64,000 nucleotides of DNA, taken from Fimbriosthenelais zetlandica. Its lineage: Eukaryota. The notes under the pieces were generated by a model. The model was not told the origin of the DNA. It was given only the letters and a program-made list of their open reading frames with translations, and searched no databases. The position numbers were made by a program, and so were the translations under genes. Of this stretch, positions 11,401 through 24,942 are shown piece by piece (the first letter of the stretch is position 1; each line of letters starts with the position of its first letter). The stretch lies in assembly GCA_977030845.1 (NCBI GenBank), contig OZ365111.1, forward strand, positions 9,052,001-9,116,000. Reading direction: 5' to 3'.

Positions 11401-14400
11401 AAGTTGTTTGCAATAAAACCAGTAGTAATGTCTCAAAAAGTGAATGGGTTTGTTTGGCTAAAGCACTGTATGTATCCTAAGATTTCCATCTTCTTATTAC
11501 TCCATAGGTTGTTCGCGCGGATGATTATAAAATGAAGGTGAATAGTGTTAGGAAAGATTGTTTGAGAATTAGAGTACATTTAGTCGCATGTTTACATTCA
11601 ATCACATACATCTAAGCATTTGTTTGGCATTGTGATGGGTTTCTACTATTTTACTCCTGGGGAATTGTTAGAAGTAGTATTATGAATTTGCATCACAGTT
11701 TTAATAATTTTTCATTTGATATCGCAGAGCATTTCTTCATAGCTGTTCTGTCAATTTTTTCCATGGTTTTGGGGATTCTTTCCATGGAGTTTTACCTGAA
11801 ATTTGTAGAGCTCTTTTCACACATTTTTCTCTTTTTTTAAAATTTGGATTAAACAGTTCGCTTTGAAATAGGTTTTCATCACAACAGCTAGAGATGTCAA
11901 AATATTATTTAAGAGTGAAGTATATATAAACAGTTAAATAAATATATAATACTTGAACAACAGTGGGACATGAGTCTTTCCTGAGTAATAAATTCATTGA
12001 TTTTAAGACAGTATCTTTTCCACTTTCAGCTGTTCCTAGTTCTGGATGCTGGAGTCACGAGTGATGTGACTTTCGCCTGTCATGCTGAAACCACTAATTC
12101 CACAGAGACAGCGGACGATATAGCAAGCGACCCATTCTGTGAGGCTATAGCTGAAGATGTGATCAACAGACCCGTCTCCAACAGCTCTGGTAAGGCTTTT
12201 ATATCCCGACCTGTTCTTTCAGTTTCAGTATCAGTTTCTTAACTTGTGAAGTATTATATCTTCAGAGACTTCAATAGTTGAAAACCAGATTAATATAGAT
12301 TTGACTATAAAGACCTTTTTGAAAATATCTGTCGTTATATTAGGGCAATCTGGACCAGGCAGAGCCACCACAACTACAGCCGCTCCAGCACACAACACCA
12401 CAGACAATGATATAGGCAATGAAAATAGAATCCCTCCGGACCAAGCTGGTATAGCTAAAAGTTAGAGTCTGTTTAAAATTAGTTAGATTCTGTTTGAAAT
12501 TAGAAATCTGCCGCACTAGTGACTTCGTGTTTTCTACTTTCTTGATGATAGATCTGCTGCTATATTACTGTATCTATCCCAGATGCTTATTAAATTCTAT
12601 GGGTTGTGTCTAGAAAAAATCCGACACCATTCAATTTCCTATCCCTGTTACTTGCACCTTTGCTTGAACTCCTCCCTCAACTCGTACCGAAAACCTCTTT
12701 GAGATTGTTAAACATATCTTAAATCGATCCATCCATTCATCCATCCATCCATCCAACCATTTGCCATCCATCCAACAATCCATCCATACCACTTTTGTGT
12801 TGACTTCAATTTCAGAATTCTCAGGACCTTCAGAGTATGGGACATTGGCAGTGACCAATATTAGTGACCAATATCTTATAACCGCTTGCTTTGATTATCA
12901 GTTTGCTTCTTTGGTGAATGCTTGTTGACGTTGTGCTTGCTGCTTTTGCTATTCCAGACATTCCACAATTCAACCCAGCAGATTTCATTGGCAATTCCAC
13001 AGCTAAGCCTTACTTGACCACTGCTGCTTTGACCACTGAACCCCCTTTGACCACCACCGAGGACCCCTCCATTTGCTATATTGTTCAGCAGATTGAAGTA
13101 AATGAGACCTCAGTGATTGAAACTGTAGTGAATGGGAGCTTGGTGAAGCAGACAGTTTTGAGATCTCGTGTAGAGAACATCACTAAAACTGTGAACTGTT
13201 CAGGTAGACACCGTGTGGCTGTGTGACATTAGAAATAAGGACCAACTGAGTGATTTGACTTCATTCCCTCAAACCAACCTAATATTTGGCTCTTTTCTTC
13301 CTTCCTGAAATAGGCTTGGATTACCCTTTCTCCAGTCCTTTCGTTCATATAAGCCATGTGATCTTCCATTAATGTCACTGTTCTCTTTGTGCACGTTCGG
13401 TTATAAGTATTAATTTCTAGGCTTAAGTTTCATCTATGTAGAACGAGTTATGAATTGCTCGGTGATGGATTTCCATTAGATTTAGGACTTCCTTGGCACC
13501 ACCAATATTATATGATGTTTGTCATATTTCTGGGAGTTGCATTTTACTTAATACATCTATACCTATCGATCATAGATCAGTTAACTTGTTCTGTGCATAT
13601 AAATTTAACACAAATTTTCTTTCCTCCAGCCACCACCCAGACCCCTACATCTCCATCTAGGAACAAAACAAACGGTGAATGGCTAATTAGAAATCCCACG
13701 GTAGACTTCAAGGTAGGCAGAAACAATCAAAATTCTTTAGATGTATAATTTCATCCAAAATCTTTATTTGGATATAAGCCCTGTACCGTACCTAATTTCA
13801 AGAAAAATGGCCTCTAGTTAACTGGTTAAAAACTTAAAATTCCCCAAGGTTGATTTCCCACAAGATGAATCTATAATTAAAGTATGAAATTAAATGTGCA
13901 CAATATTAAATAATGTACCAAAATCCTCTGTTTTAGGAAGGAGGACCTCCACACCTGCCTCTGATACTAGAGAGGGAATCTATTCCCACTGTCAGTTTAC
14001 AGGAGTTTGTCGTGGTCACCTGCTGTGCCATACCTTCCACTGACAACCCCAAATATATAGATACTAATGCTGCCGTCCTCATCTCAGCCTCTCTCACCCC
14101 CAACATCACTGTCAACTGGACACTGGCCACAGGTAAAGGCTTTACTTTTTTGAAAAAATATTTCAAAGTATGGGTCCACCTTAACACACTTTGAAGTACA
14201 TCAAAAAATGAACAATAACGTTAGTAACCTACTCAAACACTTTGAATTTTTGTTCAAAGTACGTATGGTACCACAAATAGTAATCTTTGAAATCGTCCCA
14301 CTCGGCTTTTTTCGGTGTGTCGAAAATGACCAAAAATGATGAATTTTTGTTCGTTCCCAAATGCCTTCAAATCATCCCATGCGAGTTTTAGGGGGTTGTG

Positions 14401-17400
14401 AAGTAGCTTCCAATGATTTTTGAAAAAAAATTTCAAAGTGCCTAATTTTTCCAAATTCGGTTGTTACAGTGCCCACAGAAGAAACCAAAGAGACTGAGAT
14501 TCAGAATCCCGCCTATGTGGACGTTGCTCCATGCCCATGTGATTTAACTAAAGGTTCCTGTGACCTTGGCTGCTGTTGTGATACGGTAAGTTAAAAAATA
14601 AAACCTTCAGATATATATATTTTGAACAGTCAAATCAAGTTTAAACTGAAGTGTAATTGAATGTACTGAACTTGTGATCATTTCCAGGAGTGTACCACTG
14701 CAGACAAGGCCACGTTTGACTGTGTCCAGGGTGTAGCTGGTGGTTTTCCAGCTCCTGTACCCCAGTACAGCTGTGCCTCCCGCTATACCATTCGCGAAGA
14801 CTGGTTCCCATTTATGTGTGTTCACGCTGAAAATACAGCTTTTCTTGGCTATTATTTCTTTCCTTTAAAATCCACGCGCTCGGAGCTGGACTTCAATGAA
14901 AAAGCTGATGGCGTGAAACCCAAGTACTCATTCAAGTAAGTGGCATTAGTATCTACTTTTAGTATTTTTAGTCTCATATTTAATAAAAGAATATATTTCA
15001 GTGGGAGTCAAGAGTAATATCTTGCGGAAAAATCACATTTGGTTTTTTATTTATTTTTCAGGAGTAAAGATAAGAGATCCCAGTTCCCCAGTGATTCTTC
15101 AGTGGGCTACCAACACGGTGACAACATCAGGACCGGACGAGTAGAGAAAGCTGTCGCTGATAACGTCATTACCAGAGACAGCTTCCAGCTAGGCCTGCCA
15201 CAGAAATCCCTCCTGGGGGAATGTGTGACCACCTCCCCCGTCAAATACCTGGAGGATATTGACACCCAGTGTACGCGAACAGTCACCAAAGACTTATGCC
15301 ATTCCACTTCAATACTAAGCAGTGCAGTCTATGCCCAGCCCACCACAGGCACCCACCCACCATGCCCCAAAGCACCCGTCATTATTAAGTCCAAAGCTAC
15401 AAAGGAAATAGCTGAAGTCAACACCAACTATCTATGCATTTCAAGTCCATTGGACTATTTAAAATCAACTTCATATTACCAGGATTTTGTAAATCCTGGT
15501 CAAAAATCCCTCTTCTCCGATCCTGATTTTGACACATCGTTTTGTGACTTTAATCCTATCACTAATATTTATGAGTGTGAGTCCAGTGATCCTATGAGTG
15601 ATATAATGTCATATAATCTGACTCGTTGTTCATGGGATGACAGCTATACCCCAGCACCCACTCCGGTGTACAATGACACCACTGACACCTGTCACAATTC
15701 AATCATTGATGTTTTCTACAATTTCACATGGAGAGGTGGGGATATTCTGGTATTGAATGCCACATATATTCTTGCTGATCTCCCAACTGAGCTGGAGCGT
15801 GTTGATAATTACCCAGTGACCTACACAGACTTTGATAGTTATGATTATTCAGATGATGGCAATCTAACAACCACAGTCCCAACAGTCAGTTCCACTGAGA
15901 GTTCCATTGTTCCCCCAGATATGGACTATGGACTTGTAGAGTCTATATCTACTGTAGATGTCATTGTCACCAAGTATCCTGCAGTTCTAAGTCAAAAGAT
16001 CAGAGTTGTCTTCTGGCAGGAGTACACGCTTCCCAACGTAACCCATGATTCCGAATCGGAGGTGCCGCAGAGAGCTGAAAGATACCAGCGATCTGGAAAA
16101 ATGGGTCAGTAGTCTTCAAGGTTCAAATGATTCGCCCAAAGGGCCTTTCTCCATTCGGTTTGCGATTGAGAATCCAAATAGAAGTTAAGACTCCTCTGTA
16201 ATTTTTTTTAATCTTTTGATATTGCTTGCTTGCCTATTTAAGTCATAATTAATTTTCTCTGTAATTTTATGTTTCTAGGTTATGAGGAGGACCTGCCAGT
16301 ATTCAGTGGGGCACCTGTATATAACGAGACATCTGATACCCTGATACAAATGGACATCTCTCCCCCCTCTCAGCTCGCTCTCTGGCAGCCTGGACCTACT
16401 GGTCTCTGTGCTCAGGCTGGTAGGAGGGTGGTGGACTTCGGTCAGGATAGTTCCAGCAGCTGTGCCTTAAGACTGGGCCTCTCAGATTTCCATCAAAACT
16501 GCAATGATCTAAGGTAATACTTTTTTATTTCTGGAATATTACCTAATCAGACTGATGTTTGTTATGTTGGTATCTGAAAATCGTATAAAATCAAGGAGTC
16601 TTTTTATACTTTAAGTGAACAAAGTTAATATTATTTAAATGGTGATTACCTTATCAGACAGATATTTTTTAAGTTGGCTTCTAAAAATCGTATAAAATTA
16701 AGGAGTCTTTTTATGGTTTAAGTGGACAAAGTTGAAATTATTTACATAATCTTTGTAAAATCTTTGTGCAGGAAACAAATTCTTCATCACCAAAATGCCT
16801 TGATGAGCTCCATATACATCAGCCGCAATGGCGATCCTGTACTCACTAACCTCAATGACTGGATACAAATCATCAGGCAAGTTATACAGTATTTACCAAC
16901 CAAGAAATGGTATCCAATTACTAAATTTCATTCATTTTGGCCATCCCTATATATTAAATTAATTCAAATCCTCTTTGTCACAGGGAAAATATAAGTCATA
17001 TCTTCCCAGAGGGAGACATTTCCATGACGACCGGTCAAGGAGGGACGACCGCAGCAACGACCAATCCCGGATCCACTTCGGGAGATAACAGTACAGAAGC
17101 GACTGCGACTGCGACCACTCCCACATATAACAGTACCGAGGCCCCGCCCACTGATGGTGGATTACTGAGTGACATTATAGGCCGCTGTGCTAACCTCACG
17201 TCCGGCATTCATGTGGACATTATGTATGCCCAGTCTGGAGCTGTGAACTCACTACCACTGTATGAAATAGTGGGCGCCAAAATCAGGTAGGTTTATCATT
17301 AACTTTACATAATGGAACTGTTTAATAAATGTATTATAATTTGAATTAGTTTCCTTTTAAGTAAATAAATGCTAATCCCACTTTAAATACGAAGTAATGT

Positions 17401-18156
17401 CTATCTTAATTAATTCTTATATAAATAACTTACGCAAGTGACTTCATTTTATAAGAATGTTTTATTTTCTCTAATAGCTATACCGTGTCTGAGTGGCAGT
17501 TAACGTGTATGGGATCGCTGGGCCAGGCCTGCCTGGGCAACACCTCGGAGACTACTAACATGACTGAGTCTGTAGAGACTTTCTACCTCTCCAGCAGTGT
17601 CAGATTCATGATGGTTCCTGCTCAAACTCCAACACCCAAGACAAGGTATTTATTCCTCCCATTAAAAACCATTTACTCAGCTTCATGTCTACTATTTTTC
17701 ACTTTCTTGTGTACCTTATGAGTAGGTGGTTACTACTGGATTTGGAACATCAGAATGGTAGGTTGTTACTGGGTTTGGACTATGTCAAAAGAAATCTTAA
17801 AATGAATTATTTGTGTCTTTATTTAATTAAACCCATTATTCAGTTTCTCTTATTTTCCAGTTCCATGTACCTGTACTTTCATGTAGTGGGTGGTTGCCAT
17901 TGTTTCACGACTTGATCCCATGTCAAATCAAGTCTAAAAATGAAATGACTTTTGTCTTTAAATTTTTCATTAAAGATTCGAGCTCCGCTATGAAGAAGAG
18001 AGGAGTGTGTGTAAGCATGACGCATGCTGGGAGGAGCTGTTTTATCCCGTCCTCTCCGTCTTCCATGGCGATTCCCTCCACTACACCAGAGCCGTAGCTA
18101 TGACTACCTCCATATTTCTACTTAGTTATTTCTATGTAACCAAACCTTGGTGGTGA
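8481..18156 (+). CDS. TCTN2: Tectonic-2 (ciliary transition-zone protein) with extended N-terminus, more than 20 exons
   Basis: Signal peptide [22 protein letters not shown]; tectonic Cys motif [20 protein letters not shown] (exon 14470-14585). TCTN2-like motifs DWFPFMCV...FLGYYF and [12 protein letters not shown]...DFGQD, and a C-terminus RFELRYEE...[10 protein letters not shown]...hydrophobic tail...KPWW*. Exons join in frame. Confidence 0.88.
12727..12787. repeat. Imperfect (ATCC)n microsatellite in a TCTN2 intron
   Basis: atccatccattcatccatccatccatccaaccatttgccatccatccaacaatccatcca read directly. Confidence 0.9.
16537..16747. repeat. Intronic imperfect tandem duplication, period ~107 bp
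   Basis: ttacct(a/t)atcagac...aaaatcgtataaaat(c/t)aaggagtctttttat...ttaagtg(a/g)acaaagtt occurs twice, offset by 107 nt (tcg at 16581 and 16688). Confidence 0.85.
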
Positions 18157-18681
18157 TTAAGTGGTGAATTAATTAATTCTTGTTGTGATAAATTACATTC
18201 ATTAAGGTTTCCTTTGCAATTTTTTCTTTATGTACAGGACTTGTGATCTCTAAGTTTTTAGTTCTTTTGGGAAATATATCTGCTGGGGACTGTCTCGCGA
18301 ATTTTATTATATGTATTGAACATGTATCATCACTCACTCATCGTAAATTTCAAGATCATCTTTCTCATTTGCCATTCCATTTCATCATGATCTCCGTCCA
18401 ATGTTCTTGTAAGGCATTTTTCCAATATTAAAAATGGAAAATATCTAATCATAAATTGTGATACGGCCTGTAAAGCTATATACATTGTCTCAGAACGTCA
18501 GTTCAATTTTGATAGATATATCTTGGTTATGTCATTGTAAAAGTAAGAAATCATGAATAAAATAATTTAAAGACTTTGACAATTGCAATGTAATGAATTT
18601 ATTTCAACAGATGAATTGGCAACATTTATTTTGTACAGATCGATAGAAAAAATTGTAACATCAAATGGAAATCATAATAAA

Positions 18682-19936
18682 TTATTCTACATAATCAAAT
18701 TCTTCTGGGATTCCAAATTGCTTATCTATTGTGCTCCCCTCGAATCCGAATTTTCGTTTCGCCCACGACTTTATGTTGAAGATGTTATCTGAAATGGCCA
18801 AAAACTACGCTCAGCATGTGGAATAGAAATAGAGATTAATATTTTCAACAATTTGGAATTGATTAAAGGTATTTAATTTTTTTTAATAGAGAAGTTGTTA
18901 ACGTTATAAACATTGGGAGGTTTGATATATGGAAATGGTGACCATACCAGTCCATCTGTTAGCGGCCTCTTTAGCTATATCGATCTCTCCCACCATCTGA
19001 GCCATTACTTCAGGGTCACATTCACGATAAGCTTCCAAATCCTTCTGCAGCGATTGGTACTCTGCCTGCTTCTCTGATAGAGAAGCTAACAGCGAAGCTC
19101 TATCATCCTGCAATGAACAAAGAAAAATAATTAAAGTTATTATATATAATGGATTTAGTTTTAAAAAGGTATGCTACTATTCTGAGTTAGAAGGAACCTA
19201 AATTAATACATACTGATTCTTCCTTTCCTATCTTCGCACTTGCCACTTGCTTCAGCTTTTGTTTTTTCTTGTCTTCCTCGCTTTCCAATCTCCCTGTTAA
19301 ATCTGCGATCTTTCGTTTTTTCTGCAACAAAAAAATAGTTTATAAAATTGAACCGTACTTTATGCCTTTCTAGGCGGCTGTCATGCAGGTATATTATTGC
19401 CTACAGAAAGCTAATGATCATATGAACCTACGCTTTGACTAGCTTTGCTGGGAAATGCCCAGAAATAGACACAGGTGCCAATCTTGTCTGTGTCTACCAT
19501 AGCATCATCCACCAGGGACGTCAATATTTCCTTTACTGACATCGATGTTATGCCTTTCTCCTTTTGGCATTGTTTCTCCAGTTCCTTAAGTTGGAAGAAG
19601 TCTTTCTGCATTTAAAATAGAAAATAGAAATTAAAGTTAATTCATGTGTGCTAATTCTAGTTAATTTCCAAATCAAGTGACAATCAGTGACATGTTCATA
19701 TTGACTTTCACCTTTTCATAGAAGAATTCCATCATCCTAGTCCTTTTCTCTTCAACGCTGAGACCCCGTTTTTTAGACTGTAAGTGTAATAGAAAAAACC
19801 CAGGCAGGGCGCCTATGAATATGATTATCCATATCACTGACACTGTCAGGCAAGACCAAGGCAAGGGAAAGTTGATGTTCCTGTTCAGAAATACCCACGG
19901 AGAGGATTCAGAATATAATAATAACGTAATTACCAT
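18682..19936 (-). CDS. MND1: Meiotic nuclear division protein 1
   Basis: M|[77 protein letters not shown]...[42 protein letters not shown] matches the Mnd1 family throughout. The first coding exon contributes only the ATG (19934-19936, ATG|gtaatt). Confidence 0.95.
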
Positions 19937-20318
19937 GATGACGAACCTAACGTGCCCAAGTTATCACTTTCTGGTGAAGAAAACAGCACTAAAACCTTAT
20001 TTATGTGTGTGATAAAACTGAGATGGGAACGTAAACAAAAAACAAATATGGCGCCAATGAAATTTGCCTCGGTCGACAGATGATAATGGAAAATATTTTC
20101 TATTTGTACCTGAGACAATCACTTATAGAAAATCTAAATACAGTGAATGGACTCATCATTTGATTTTTATCGACCTTTCTGTAGCTGGGTATTTTCATTT
20201 TTATCAAATAAGTGTTTGTCACTTTTGACAAAATCACGAGGTGAATAACAAGATGGCCGCGCCCTTTTAAAGTTTTGGAAAGCGCACATTGTGAAGCTCG
20301 CCACAACTTTTACCGAAA
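19937..20318. promoter_or_regulatory. Probable bidirectional promoter MND1/TMCO6
   Basis: Divergent ATGs are 383 bp apart. YY1-type motifs AAGATGGCCGC (20250-20260) and AATATGGCGCC (~20045). Confidence 0.65.
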
Positions 20319-23300
20319 ATGGACCACCGAGAAATGTTTAAGGCTGGTGTCAGCACGGTAGATGACTTGCGGACAAAGAGAAGAAATGAAGAAGCAGGTT
20401 AGGTTAAGCAGTAGAGATTATATATGTGATTGTTTACGTTTTACCTTGGTCTAGCCTGTTCATCATCGATAGTGAGCGATAATTGAGTGAAGTTCCCATG
20501 CCTGTACTATGGGAATGGCCATGTCACACTGTCTATCTGTCATATATCATAATATTATATTCATTCAGTCTTAAGATGACATATCAATGCAGTTATCCTC
20601 TAAGTATGCCCATACTATGCCATACCAATGTCCATTAATAAAATTCCTTTTATTTTTAGTTATTTTTTACCTTATAGTTTTAATTTGTAGATGGAAGGAA
20701 GACTAGGAGACAAAGAGCGATCAACTCAAAGCGAGTTAGGCTCGGATCGGAAGGTGAGCATGAGGAAGACATCTCCACGGAACAGGTATGTTAAAACTGA
20801 TTTTCGTGTCTACCTCATCTTACAAGCCTACCAGAATCTATTTCAGAATACCAGTTAAGAGTTTTTCTGCAATAAATAATTTTGTGTGGACAATGGATGA
20901 AATACTAAATTGCCACAAAGAGGTATTCTAATGGTCGCCCCCTTACCTGCGATGCAAAAAATATAGGTGGCATCTATATTTTTCTATGATTAATTTTTTT
21001 TTTAAAATAGCACTCTAATTTTTCCCTCTCTGTCTTGTAGGTCCTGCTTGTAACCAAACGGTTTGTGGCAAAAGATGGCCACAAATTGGAACAGCTTAAA
21101 TTTCTGCAAAGGGCTTTTGCTCAAGGAACACTCCTGACGGAGACTTTCTTGAAGTAAATACCTATTTCTTCAATTATAACAAACTAAGTTCTGCAAAATT
21201 TAGAAATAACTAAATTTATTCTGCTATAATTAGTCCTATTACTGGTATACAACTTTTTTTTACAACTTTGAAAATACACGTCTGCATAGCATAACATTGT
21301 TGAAATTATTTTAATACCATTAGTTTTCATTCCTGTGTAATTTATGTGATCACTAATCTATTTTTGCGACATTTATTTTCAACAGGGTTGACAGTAGTTT
21401 GTCTACCATGGTGGGTCTGCTGACTGGGAATGATGCTGAAGTTCAGCTTCAGGCTGCCTGGTGTCTAACCAACATGGCAGCAGGTACAGATGATCAGGCT
21501 CAGGCCGTGCTGAGAGCTGCTGGGGCTTACCTGGTCACCTACCTGACTAGTGGCAACATACCTCTACAGGTAGGACTAAAGAGAAAAAAAAATATATTCA
21601 GTATATCCATATTTTAATGTTTATTAAAAGCCGAAATTTTTATTCCTGTGATATATTTTATTTAAAGATCTTTCACCCTTTGTGAAAATTACCACGATTA
21701 CTATCATTTTCTTGCTTTAATGACATTTAATTTTGAATTTATACCCACCGTCGCATCTTTTCCTTTCACAGTACCAGTGTTCGTGGGCTATTGGAAATCT
21801 GGCAGGCGACGGTCCAGCCTGTCGTGACATTCTTCTGTCACAAGGCGCCCTCCAGCCCCTAATTAATCATCTCCAGGTATGTATTTTATCCCTAGAGCAA
21901 TATACGAAATCTATATTGACATTGTTTTAAGTCAAAAGTATATATTGACAGTTATACCGTACATTAATTTCCTCTCTGTCCTTTCATTAAAGTATTCGGT
22001 GGATTTCATCTATTTAATACTAAGGTGGAACTGGACGAGGGTTGGGAATCATCAATGCCTCTCATAGTATTGAATACTTTTTTGAGTAATTTGTCTTGAA
22101 CTTAAATTCATAAAGTGATGTTTTAAACCCTTGCAGTCCGACATGAATCACGTCGTTCAGTCAGCAGCTTTTGCTTTGTCCAACATGGCTAGAGGACCTG
22201 GGGCAAACACGGAGTAAGTCATGATATATAATATTAATGCGTTTAAATTGATGTTATATAAAAATAGAATGTCTTTTATTAATGTATTTAATCATATTTT
22301 ATCGATGTAAATTATGTGATAAATTAATATTACCCTTTACATTTTATGATCAGGTTGATGGTTGGCCTGGGTCTGTTACCAAATCTTATTCCAAACCTAA
22401 CATACAACGGTGAGAGGCTAGATGTCATCGCCGAAGCTGCCTGGGTCCTTACATACATCGCTGCCAGGTAATTCTTCCGATAATCTAATGCACATTCTTT
22501 TTTCTATTTATCCAAATTGATGTCTACCAGGAACCAGGAATTTAGAAAATATTATTTTAACATTGGTTTAATTCTATATCTTTCAGTGGTGAGCACGAAG
22601 AAAAGTTGTTGTCCTGTGGAGCCGTTCAACAAGTATCAGCTTTGTTAGTAGCTCTGGCCCAAAATCATCCTGAGGATTATAAGGTGAAATAGTTGTCTTT
22701 TCGTCCTTCTCTTGAGCAAAATATTATGTAGTAAATTCTAAGATCATACAAGTTTTGGGACGTGTTTCATTCTTGCCCTGTCATTTTGTGAATCAATTTT
22801 TTTCAGGTATTTACACCCACCCTCCGTTGCCTTGGTAACTTGTGCAGTGCCAATGATGAAATGACCGAATTGGCTTGTATGAATCCCAACCTGATTCCAT
22901 CCCTGGGAAAATGTCTCACTTCTAACCACAGACACATCAAGAAAGAAACGCTCTGGGTTATTTCAAACATCACAGGTGAGACCTGCCTGTCTATCCTTGA
23001 TCACATTGTCTCACTCTTGGACGATTTGGGATTGTTGACTATGAGTATTAAATCTATGATCAAATTATACATTATATATAATCATCCCCGTTGCTCCCCA
23101 ACTTGCAAAACTGGATGGATACTGTATATATGATCAAATGATTCAAAGATATCCTCTCTAATTATTATCCTAGGTACTCCAAATGTTGCTGAAATGGTCG
23201 TAACCAATGGATTGCTGTCAATGATTGTTCAGTTTCTGGATTCTACTTTTGATATGAAAGCGGATGTAAGTATTTTCCACTGCATGTCTATATTTTCCCT

Positions 23301-24008
23301 ATTTCTGTAATATGTAATGTATGGTTGACTGTGAATATTTTTTTTATTTATAGGCGGCATATGCTCTATGCAACATAGCCAGTCACAGTAAAAAGCTCTG
23401 TGAGGAAACGGTGCAGCAGGGGGGTCTACTGAACATGATTCCTTTACTCAAGTCTCCAGACCCAGATCTCGCCAATATGGGCCTCAGCTACGCTGAAATA
23501 GTCCTCAAAGAAATACCTAATGTAAGATCTCAAGTCTGTGTCACATAAAATAATAACTATCCAATGATCACGAAAATCAAAGGTTAAAAAATAACTGGCA
23601 TTTAAACTGTAAATTAGTTCTTTCAGACTTGTACATTTCCCTTTTGTGTTGTAACTGAATATTTTGTTTTATTCCTCCAGGGAAAGTTTCTCTTTGAAGA
23701 AGCCAAGGGCTTAGAAGGTCTGGAGGTCCTCGAATATCACAGCAATGACGCTTTGAGAGATCAAACCACAGAAATTTTGGACAAATACTTCTACAATACA
23801 GATGTAAGTACTCCTATATTTTTTTTTATCTTCAATCAATTTTCAAATTCTATTATAATATACATCCATGTTTGGATCGCAAGAGAAATTTAATCAATTT
23901 CAGAAATGACCATTCATATTCGGCACGGACTGTCAGGTCCATGTTCCTGTGTGGCCCCATTTAATATGTGTATTTTTCTTCCAGATAATGGAAGATGACG
24001 ACCGGTGA
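20319..24008 (+). CDS. TMCO6: Transmembrane and coiled-coil domain protein 6 (importin-alpha-like ARM-repeat protein)
   Basis: IBB-like N-terminus [48 protein letters not shown]...[21 protein letters not shown] resembles TMCO6 rather than canonical importin-alpha. ARM motifs [14 protein letters not shown] and [15 protein letters not shown]. Confidence 0.8.
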
Positions 24009-24942
24009 AGTGGCATAATTTTCCTCCCAAATTCTCATATATCAATCTTGGCTTGTAAGTAAATTAATGCAGTTCATTTCTTATGCTTATCAGGAATGTA
24101 CATAATATGAAAAGGACGAAAACTTTTTGTGGGTTTTTTTTTTGGAAAAAAACTTTAATGTATTCCGGCAAGATCAACTTGTATAAAACAGGTACAAGCT
24201 CCTCTGGGATGAATTATGTATATCAAAATCACAAAATAAATATGCAACTGATGAAGTATTTGAACCTTACTCTCTAAGTTGATCATCGATTTGATAGAAA
24301 ATAGGGAAATCCACAAAATGAAATATACTCCGTTCTTAATGGGTTTTTTCCATGTCTAAGGACTAAACAGAAGATTATCTCCTCACATTCTGGTAGATTA
24401 TCCTGAAGTGACGGTTTGCAAATTGCAAACACCAGGTGCTCTACAAATTAAGCTGACTAGTGATTTGACATTTTTTAATTTTTTTTTGATACGCGGAAAT
24501 GTATTTATAGTTATATTATACCTCAGGAACACCCATGCTATGGCAGCATGAGTGTTGCCAAGCTAACGTCTTGAGTTAGTTAGTCCACCTGTGTCGTATA
24601 TATGGCTCTCAGTGGTGAGAATGTTTCACTGTACATGTGAACAGCTTCCACTGGCAAACTTATAACAAGCCTTAAGCTTCCACTAAACATACCACATTAT
24701 GTCCTCGTCACAATACTCACCTTTTAAAAAGCCATTAATAGCGATATAACTAAAACGAGTTGTCTTCATCACAGTTCACAAACACAGGCCATATAAACAC
24801 AGCCTTTTGTAAATGGTTCTTTTTTTCACAATTTTTTTTTATGTGTCCATAACAATATTAAACATCTATCCTCTGTAGTAAAAGTGATATTTCCACCCTC
24901 CAAGGTGTAGTAAACCAAAGAAAAATGTATGATACAAAGTGT

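Noticed and set aside
20319-24008. Calling the ARM-repeat gene a canonical importin-alpha (KPNA)
   Set aside because: The IBB-like segment ends in SKR rather than the KRRN motif, and the first repeats are degenerate in a TMCO6-like way.
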